Shown piece after piece: positions 54,901 to 64,000 of a stretch of 64,000 nt of DNA. A program made the translations under genes and the position numbers. The notes beneath the pieces were generated by a model. It ran no database searches. It was not told the DNA's origin and worked only from the letters and a program-made list of their open reading frames with translations. Source of the stretch: the human T2T-CHM13v2.0 reference genome, Homo sapiens; assembly GCF_009914755.1 (NCBI RefSeq), contig NC_060942.1. One strand, written 5' to 3'. Each line of letters begins with the position of its first letter. Positions within the stretch are counted from its first letter, which is position 1.

Positions 54901-55249
54901 AATCTAGCTTTGACCTGGATCTTCTTACAAAGAGGCCTTGGTGCTTATAATTGTTTCATTTCATTTCATCTCAAAAATTTACAAATAAATAACTCTCTGG
55001 CTCATGACTCTGTCTTTGACATTTGCTTTTTATTAACTCCTCACTCTTATCCTTATCTGTGTCTTTGGCCACATGTAGAAATTAAATTTTAAAAAATAAT
55101 TTGATAAGTTTCATAGGGCAAATAAGAGTATTCCAGTTTTCTAAAAATTTTGAAACAGTTATGTATAGCTTATCCCAAATTAATGCATTTCCAAAATGCA
55201 TAGAAGACTTGGTTCTAGTGACCTCTTAGTGACTTCTCATGCTTTGGAA

Positions 55250-55968
55250 GTTTGAAGGTGTGAGGGTGTTTTGGTTATCATAATGGTTATGGCCACTCCG
55301 AGAATTTCATTTAAGAGTCATGGATACTTGATGTCCTGAAATGAACTTGCAGTCCTGCCCAACTGAAGCATTGCCCCTAACTCTTCAAGATATCCAGATA
55401 TTTTACAGGACATTCTTAGAGATGAAATGCTTGTTTATAATTTACTAAAGCTATAATGTGACTGTTTTAAGTGCAAGCACAAGATTTTCTTGTGTGGGTT
55501 TAACACAAATGGGCTATTCTAGGAATGCAACATTTGTGTAAATAGAGAAGAGATTGTATTTTCTTTGGACATTCACCAGGAGTTGATTACAATTTTGTAA
55601 AACCACAACATCCCTGGAAATGCGGCTCATAAAATCTGAGTTGCAATACAGTTCGCCTATACCCAACTGCATCTGTAGCAATCACATTTGTGGTAAATGC
55701 TTGACCGCTTCCTCGGCTCTCCCAGTGTAGTCATGTCCATGAATTTGCACCTTTGAAACATATGTGATGCTATTACAAATTACTTTGATTTCTATTTTAA
55801 ATAGAATTCCAATTCCAATTTAAAATAGAGTATTATGGAGATCAACTGTATAGTTAGGTTATGCTAGCTATGAATTGCATATCAGGATTAAAGAAGACAT
55901 ATTAACATAATATTTTTTTATTTTTTTTAAAAAAGAGGAATTAGGTGTGGGAATATTAAGAAGCACAG
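55250..55968. mobile_element. Possible hAT-Charlie (MER20B-like) DNA transposon remnant
   Basis: GGGTGTTTTGGTTATCATAATG..ATGTCCTGAAATG..CAGTCCTGC resembles MER20-family ends. Heavily diverged. Confidence 0.4.
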
Positions 55969-56409
55969 CACCAGAACGATCTCTGAACAAATTAAGGAGT
56001 CAAGTGTATTGTTACAAGTTTGCTGTTTCAGATCTAATATTTTTACTGCAATCTATATGTAGATATTCCACCTGTTGCATCACTAAATTTGTTGACTTCC
56101 AGTCTACTTACCCTGACACACTTACCAGGTGAGAGTAAGTGAAAGGAGGGCACTCCAGGAAGAAGGCCATGTAAGCTGTTCTAAACAGGAAAGTGCGTAT
56201 TCATCTTTCTCAGTCCTAAGTTCCCGATTTTAGGATTTTTTTTTCTCCCCAAACTGCAAGGGCTAATGAAAGGACTAGAAGGCAATTTGAATCTATGGCT
56301 CCAACATTCATTAATATAGCTAGGACCAGACTAGAGCTTGGACTTGAATCAGTTGGAGAATGAGCCCAATCAGCAGTGCCACAAGGATCTCCCCTTCTTT
56401 AACTCCTGA

Positions 56410-56871
56410 TAAGGGAGGAGACCACCCCTCATATTGTCTTATGACCAATTTCTGCCTCCAAAGAAAGAAGAAGTAAAAACTAAAAGGCAGAAATGAAATC
56501 CACAGGCAGACCACCCAGCGCCGTGACCTGGGCCTGGTAGTTAAAGATCGACCACTGACCTAATCGGTTATGTTATCTATAGATTATAGACATTGTATAG
56601 AACAGCACTGTGAAAATCCCTGTCCTATTCTGTTCCGATCTAATTACCGGTGCATGCAGCCCCTAGTCACGTACCCCCTGCTTGCTCAATGGATCATGAC
56701 CCTCTCAAGCGAACCCCCTTAGAATTGTGAGCCCTTAAAAGAGACAGGAATTGCTCACTTGGGGAGCTCTGCTCTTGAGACAGGAGTCTTGCCGATGCTC
56801 CCAGCCAAATAAACCGCTTCCTTCTTTGACTCGGTGTCTGAGGGGTTTTGTCTGCGGCTTGTCTTGCTACA
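56410..56871 (+). mobile_element. ERV1 solo LTR, LTR2 (HERV-E/Harlequin), full length
   Basis: TAAGGGAGGAGACCACCCCTCATATTGTCTTATG...AATAAA...TTTTGTCTGCGGCT.GTC.TGCTACA. 4-bp TSD CTGA/CCGA, differing at a CpG. Confidence 0.93.
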
Positions 56872-59094
56872 CCGAGTGCACAGATTCCTGCTAACATTTT
56901 CATACCTGAGACTTATTCTTCCTCCTGTGACTTGATTCTTGGTCTGCAACACAAATATCTCCCTCCTGCTTCCTTCGATTCTTCCCTAAAATGAATCCCA
57001 CTAGACCAATTACAGATTTATGATTAGTTATTCTCTACTTCATCTGCATGAAGTTTTTCTTATTATGATGTGACTATCATGAGGCGGAGAGCCTATTTCT
57101 TGGACCTCCATGGTGAGGTATGCTCCATGTGACTCTGATCAGAGTCTTTTATGTAGTTCGATGCCTACTGATCTCTTTGCCACTGATTATACTCAGGTTC
57201 CAACACTTTGCTTTTGTGCTTTACTTCTGCCTCCCAAGGTTTGACTGATCTGAGAAAACTTTCTGGAATATAATAATTTAACGCTTTTTGTGGCTACTAT
57301 TTAAAATTGATGCTTTGCCCCTCCTCCAAAAAAGTCCCCTTCCCGGCTAGTAGATAATTCTTGCTGTTAGATGATTAAATTACCTAAATCAAAATAAAAT
57401 GCTTTCCTTTTCCTTTAATAGGGTGGATATATTGACACAAACACTCAAAGGTGTGATTCTTATGGTAAATAAGTTCCTATAGTGAAATGCATGCACTAGA
57501 CATGTAGCAATTAAAACCAGTTATAAACCTTCCCATACTCTGACTCAATTAGTTCTAAGTAACGTGTTATATTTGGCTTCCTATATAGAATATTTTACAG
57601 AAGTAAAACTGAATTGATCAATTGGTACTTGTTTCTTGTACTCTTTGCATTTATATTAATCATGACAAATCAATATATTGACATTTCTAAGTAAATCTTT
57701 TGTAAGTTTAGCTGCCTTATTCCATTCCCTAGGTCCAATTAATTCTGGATACACTAGCAAAATAAAATTTATGGATAAGCAAAATTGGGAATCAGACCAT
57801 AGATCTATAGATCAAGGTTCTCACCTTCAAAACTACGTAAACAACTAACTTCCAAAGGAAGGGCATCAAACTCCCCAGAGACTGTATGCTGTAATAGAGG
57901 AAACTTAAAACATAGTCTTCCAATACCTGGAATCGAATTCTTTCCTTGACGCTTATTGGTATATGACACTGAAGAACTAAGTGTTATTGAAATAGGCTAG
58001 GACTTATTTTAAATGCTTAACAGCCATATACATGCTTACACACATTTTAACTTGGTATTTACTATTTTAAATTCTTAGAAGGTACATGCACCCTACTGTT
58101 TGCACTAATATGAATGGGATTTGTTACCAAGGCCCCAGTTTTTAAAATTAAGGAAATGTATAAGTAAAAGATACATAACAAGAGCTTACTCTTTGGATTA
58201 TATTCCACTAACTCCTATGCTACCCTGGGATGCCAACTGCTATTATGATGGAGAAAAACAATCCTAGATATTTTGTTTATGTCTACGGTACAACAAATGG
58301 CTAACTTCATTACCATGACCGCCTTCTTACTTCCTATGAATTAGAATAGTGATTGCATGATACCCTAGGGCTTGCCCATGAACATAAGGCCTATAGGCCA
58401 TTTTTGCGTAGCAGCTGCTATACTCCCCCACTTCAGCAGAAACTATAAATGTGACCTATATGGAAACATTTACCCTAACTACTAGGGGCACTAGCACCAG
58501 AGATTCATGCTCTATACTTTAGCTGACTTCCAGTGCACCAGAGTCTTTTTTTTATTATTTTTATGGTGGGCACTACAGAGGCCTGATGCTGGCCCATGGA
58601 GGGCCATGACAAGAAGAGAGGGATGCCAGGTGACACTCAGAGTCTATCAAGCCACCACAAGCTATGCTAGATTTCTGCTTGAAACATGTGTAAAACTTTT
58701 AGTTAAAAGTAATAAACCTTTTTTATTGTTTAAGTAACAGAGAGTTGGTATTATTGTGTTTACTTTTGTCAAATCCTTAGATCTTGGGATAGAAGGAATT
58801 GATCAAATACTGTCAACACTTTTGGATCTTCATTTTTGCAGAAATACCCTTAAGACTCCTCAGTTAAAACAGGTATAAGATTCTCAATCTTATAAGGTTG
58901 CTGTGAAAGTGAAACATAACATACATAAAGGAATTTTTACCTAATAGAAATTCAAGACATGATAGTTTTTAAACACATTACAAATCAGAACTAGCCAGGA
59001 CTTAGTGAGGGGAAATCTGTGATTCACTCCAACAGCCACATACTTGTGAATAACATTCATTTGTTGCCAAGTTTGCATTGTGGGGACTTTTCAA

Positions 59095-59126
59095 AGACTA
59101 TTCAGATAAGAGACTATTCAGATAAG
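59095..59126. repeat. Perfect 16-bp tandem duplication
   Basis: AGACTATTCAGATAAG x2. Confidence 0.93.
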
Positions 59127-60815
59127 ATAAATTATAAATGTCTTGTGAATCATAATTTTCTACATTCACAAATCTAGCATATTTTGCTATATTGAAGAAA
59201 ACTTCCAAAAAAATTGATGATACATGAGAGCTTATATTCCAAATTGGGTTAGAATAAATGGAATTCGTGATATTCTGTGGTAATAAAATTGCTATACTAT
59301 TGAGTTAACATATATTTGGACCATCTTTTAACAGATTTAATGGACTAACAGGATGTAGGAAGGAATATATTTTGAACCAAGTGGCTTTAACAATTGTGTT
59401 CAATTCACAAAAGAGTGTCTAGGTAAATGTTGAACTTCTCTCTACTAGTTCATCATATTTATTGATCTTTAGCATGTACAAAAAAGAAAGAAAGAAAGAA
59501 AAAACTTGAGTAAGCAAATCCTGTGCATATACATACCAAACCCATGCAAAGAAACAGATGTTGGTTACTTTGCTATGATTGTTTTAAGACAAGCTTTCAT
59601 TAGAAATATAGGCAAAAATCCTGCAGTCGGCAATCCCTAAGGAAACAGCATTAAACTCCGGCCAGATCTGTAATATGATGTCCATCAATCTGTGAAATCT
59701 TCATGTTGTGCTATATTTAAAGGTGAGAACCTTTTAAAAAATGTCCTTGAAGAAGGATTTTAGGATAAGACACCTTCTTTTGGGGAAGATTAAAATACGA
59801 AAGAACTCATCTCAGATCTTACACATTGCTTATGTTTTAAAAAGAGGAAAATTAGAAATAAACTAGACTCTTCACCCACCACATCAACTCTTAAAGAGGA
59901 TCCTCATTTTCAGTAATGTTAGAAATCGAACACCCTGACATGCATAATGAAAGACAGAAAAAACTATGAAGAGATACAATAGATGAATGCTAAGAGACTG
60001 AGAAGGAACCCCTTTATTTTATCCAGAATGAAGTGCAATGTCAGAACAAGAGCCATTTGAATGGATAAATATTGTGAGATAAAAATCTAAGGAGATTCAG
60101 ATATGAGGAATTAAGTAAGGAAATACATTTGGAGATGCATAGTTCTTTGTAATTATAAAAAGTGAAATGTATTTTATCTGTGCCTTCAGACATATTACAT
60201 GAAATAATTGTAATATGCTAGGGCCATGAAATAAGCTAATGACTTGTTACATCTTTTAAAATGTGTGTGGGGGTAGGGGAGGGCAATAATCAATACTAAA
60301 AAGGATGCAAAGAGTGTCTGCAGGACTTGGAAATAAGTGAAACTCCTAATCGATGGAATTAGCCATCTGTACGAAAGAACATAGATATTTTGTAAATACA
60401 TGTTGTAGAAAATTCTATGAAAACACAAAATCAAACAAGATAATAAAAGGAGCAAAATGGGTTCCAGCTAAGGGAACTGGAAAAATTTCCCAAATTCCTC
60501 TACTTTTTAAATACAGTTTTTTTCTTACACAAAGTTTGGGATAAATGCTGGATGAAATCTAGAAAAAAAGATGGTGCCACAGAACAAGGGTTGATTAGTC
60601 TGTCTTTGATACACATTTGGAGAGGAGGCATGAACTTGGGGACTCAAGCATTTAATGAGTCACCACAAGTAACAAAACCATTATAATCTTCCAAATAACT
60701 TTTTGCTTTGCCTTCAGGTTTAGCATTACACTTCTGGCTATAATTGCCCTCTTATATAGACAGACAGACAATACCTAAGCAATGTACACACATTTCCAGC
60801 CCACTGGCATTTATT

Positions 60816-61117
60816 TTTCTCATTATTTATAAATTACATGGATTCTGGTTAAAAGGGAAACAATCTTGTTTAATTTAAAATGTTTTCAAATGTATTAATA
60901 AATTTTAATGTAATTATGACTACAGACAATGTTGACTTAGAATTTCTCATTATTTATAAACTACATGGATTCTGGTTAAACGGGAAACAATCCTGTTCAA
61001 TTTAAAATGTTTTCAAATGTATTAATAAATTTTAATGTAATTATGACTACAGACAATGTTGACTTAGAATTTCTCATGATTTTTAAACTACATGGATTCT
61101 GGTTAAAAGGGAAACAA
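60816..61117. repeat. 127-bp tandem repeat, about 2.4 copies
   Basis: Unit start TTTCTCAT.ATTT.TAAA.TACATGGATTCTGGTTAAA recurs at 60816, 60943 and 61070 with few substitutions. Confidence 0.95.
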
Positions 61118-61349
61118 GATTGTTTCCACAGACCAATGTCCAGAAATTATTTATTTTTTAATAAATAAAAAATAATAAATAAATAAAAATTTAAAGACAG
61201 AAAAATAGTGCAAGAAGCGCATGATTAAAGGACAAACTAATTGTAAGTGTATGAAGCGGAAAGTAAGATTTAAAATCTTCAGTATGAACTTGGAAAGTTT
61301 GAGAGGATATAATTTACAGTTGAATTTCTCATTGGGATACACTAAAGGT

Positions 61350-62512
61350 AAATTATGGAATGCAGGGTGTATAGTTACACGGATATATTGCATAGTGGTG
61401 GAATCTGGGCTTTAGTGTAACCATGAGGCAGATACTGTACATTGCATTCAATAAGCCATTTCTTATCTCTCATCTCCCTCCCATTCTCCCACCCTTCAGA
61501 ATCACCAGTGTTTATTATTCCACAATCTATGTGCACTTGTACACATTGTTTAGCTCCCAGTTACAAGTAAGAACTTGTGATATTTGACTTTCTGTTTCCG
61601 AGTTATTTCTCTTAAGATAACGGCCTCCAGTTCCATACATGTTGCTACAGAAGATATGATTTCATTCTTTTTTTATAGCTGAGTTTTATTTCATTGTATA
61701 TACATACTTATACCACATTTTCCTTATCCAATCATCTGTTAATGGACATTTAGGTGGATTCCATATCTTTGCTATTGTGAATATTGCCACAGTGAAAATA
61801 CTAGCACAGGTATCTTTTTGATACCCAGTAGTGGGATTGCTGGATTGAATGGGATATCTTTCTCTGAGAAAGCTTCATACTGTTTTCCACAGAGGTTTTA
61901 CAAACTTACATTCCCATCAACATTGTATAAGCATTTCTTTGCTTCTGCATCCTCGCCAACCTCTGTTGTTTTTTGAATTTTTAATAATAACCGTTTTGAC
62001 TGGTGGGAGATGGTATCTCATTGCAGTTTTAATTTGCATTTGTCTGATGATTAATGATGTTGAGCATTTTTCCATATGCTTTTTGGCCATTTATATGTCT
62101 TCTTTTGAAAAATATCTGTTCTGTTGGTGTTCTTTTCTTTTTTAAAAAAAAAAAAATGGGTTTATTTGGTGGTTGTGGTGGTGGTGGTGGTTGTTGAGTT
62201 GTCTGAGATTTTTGTAGATTCTGGATATTAATCCCTTGTCAGATGTATAGTTTGAAATATTTTCTCCCATTCTGCAGGTTGTCTGTTCACTGTGTTATTT
62301 CTTTTGCTGTGCAGAAGCTTTGTTAGTTTAATTACGTCCCATTTGTCTATTTTTGTTTTTGTTGTTTTTTGTTGTTTGTGCTTTTGAAGTCTTAATCATG
62401 AATTCTTTGCGCAGATCAATGTCCAGAAGAGTTTTCTCTAAGTTTTCTTCTAGCATTTTTATAGTTTCAGGTCTTATATTTAAGTCTTTAATCCATCTTG
62501 AGTTGATTTTTT
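61350..62512 (-). mobile_element. L1PB-type 3' end (3' UTR plus ORF2 C-terminus)
   Basis: GGATATATTGCATAGTGGTG..TTTAGCTCCCA.TTA.AAGT.AGAAC; ATACCCAGTAGTGGGATTGCTGGAT; GCTGTGCAGAAGCTT; TCTTTAATCCATCTTGAGTTGATTTTT. Confidence 0.9.
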
Positions 62513-62830
62513 AATCTTTTAAATAAAATTTAAAATTAGATAACAGTATTTTATATTTATGTACACGGTTACTATTTCCAAAACTCTCCATGTATAAATC
62601 CACATTTCCATCTGATATTACTTTCAGTCTGAATTTTTTTTACATTTCTTTTAAAACAAGTCTGCTTACCACCAATTCAGTCAATTTTTGTTAGTCTGAA
62701 AAAGTCTTTATTTCACCCTCATTTAAAAAATATATTTTCCCCAAGCTTATAATTCTAGACTGACAATTTGTTTTCTGTTAGCACTTAGTGGATGTCATTC
62801 CACTCAATTCTGGTTTGCACAGTTTCTGTT

Positions 62831-63591
62831 TGAAATCCACCCAGTAGTCCCATAAATAGTTGTTTTTGGATATACAGAAATTAACTTTCCTGGTCCTAAA
62901 GCTTAAAACATATGTATTTTGAGACAGAGTCTTACTTTTGTCGCCCAGGCTGGAGTGCAGTGGCACGATTTTGGCTCACCGCAACTGCTGTCTCCCGGGT
63001 TCAAACTATTCTCCTGCCTCAGCCTCCTGAGTAGCTGGGATTACAGGTGCCCACCACAACACCTCGCTAATTTTTGTACTTTTAATAGAGACAGGGTTTC
63101 ACCATGTTGGCCAGGCTGGTGTCAAACTCCTGACCCAGGTGATCCACCTGCCTCAGCCTCCCAAAGTGTTGGGATTACAGGCGTGAGCCACCACACCAGG
63201 CCAACTTATATTTGTTTTATCTGAGTTCCTTCCTCAGGAAAGAATCCCTTAGGCCTCTCAAAAAGTATCAAATAATCAAAAAGTGTCAAATAACTGAAAC
63301 TCAGCAGGTCACCACATCCAGACAATGAGATGCGGAAAGCATCATTCATCGTGATTGCTTCCTTGCCCCTCCCTAGTTCCTGTTTTCTTACACATTGTTG
63401 CATTTCTTCCCTGCTATATAAACCCCTAGTTTTAGCGGGTCAGGAAGATGGACTTGAGGCTGATTTTCCATGTCCTTTACTGCAGCACCTGATTAAAGCC
63501 TTCTCCCTTGACATTACTCATCGTCTCAGTCATTGGCTTTCTGTGTGGTAAGCATCAGGACCTAGCCTGAACCCCTGGTGTCTTGGTAACA
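62831..63591 (+). mobile_element. Solo LTR, LTR47-like, interrupted by an Alu
   Basis: TGAAA..TAGTCCCATA; TTTGTTTTATCTGAGTTCCTTCCTCAGGAAAG; TATATAAA box near 63416; ATTAAA near 63492; ends CCCCTGGTGT.TTGGTAACA. TGTT on both flanks. Confidence 0.75.
62918..63202 (-). mobile_element. Alu (AluS-type) inserted into the LTR
   Basis: Reverse-complement Alu dimer with a very short T tail. Confidence 0.94.
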
Positions 63592-64000
63592 TGTTGAGAA
63601 ATCTGTGGAATCTATTCTTATGTATTGTGTCTTATTTTGTTTGGCTATTTTTAAGATTATCATTGCTTTTCATTAATTTGATTATTATATGCCTTAATGC
63701 ATCTGTCTTTGTGTTTTTCCTGATTGATTTATTAAACTTCCTGAAGCAGTGGCTTTATATATTTCAGTAATTTAGAAAAATTCAATAATTATTTCTTAAA
63801 ATATTTTTCCTGTTTTGGCCGGGTGCAGTTTCCCCATCTTCCTTTCCTTCTGGAACTACAATTAACAAGTATATTAGACAACTTAGTATTGTTCCGCAGA
63901 TTATTGTCTCTGATTATTTTCAGCTTTTTTTTTTCTCTGTGCATCAGGTCTTAAAGTTTCTATTTCTATGTCTTCAAGTTCATTAATACTTTTTTCAGCA

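Larger units (their letters stand above)
62590..64000 (-). mobile_element. Old L1M 5'/ORF1 region, interrupted by LTR47 and Alu
   Basis: GTCTGAAAAAGTCTTTATTTCACC; ATAATTCTAG..TGACA; TTTTAAGATT..TTTGATTAT; CTATGTCTTCAAGTTCA. Confidence 0.7.

Noticed and set aside
60816-61117. Regularly spaced repeats as a possible CRISPR-like array
   Set aside because: The whole 127-bp unit repeats with no unique spacers. The context is eukaryotic and there are no cas genes.

Overview
This is AT-rich, CpG-depleted primate (human-like) nuclear DNA from a gene-poor intergenic region or a long intron. I find no recognisable protein-coding gene, RNA gene or CpG island. The ORF track is explained by Alu and L1 translations and chance ORFs. 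The window is rich in interspersed repeats: about 18 Alu/FLAM elements (J, S and Y types, one with Yb3a-like diagnostics), L1 fragments of many ages (including a 5'-inverted L1PA), L2 and MIR remnants, solo LTRs (MLT1, MST, THE1, MER51, LTR2, LTR47) and DNA-transposon remnants (MER47A, MER5). Subfamily names come from recalled consensus sequences, not from a RepeatMasker run. I cannot support a new biological system here. The best leads are a patchwork templated-insertion scar at 21.25 kb, a CpG-rich A-tailed insert of unknown origin at 46.4 kb, a candidate 33-nt microexon and recursive-splice-like motifs, an HRE-bearing HERV-E solo LTR, inverted repeat arrangements and a 127-bp tandem repeat.
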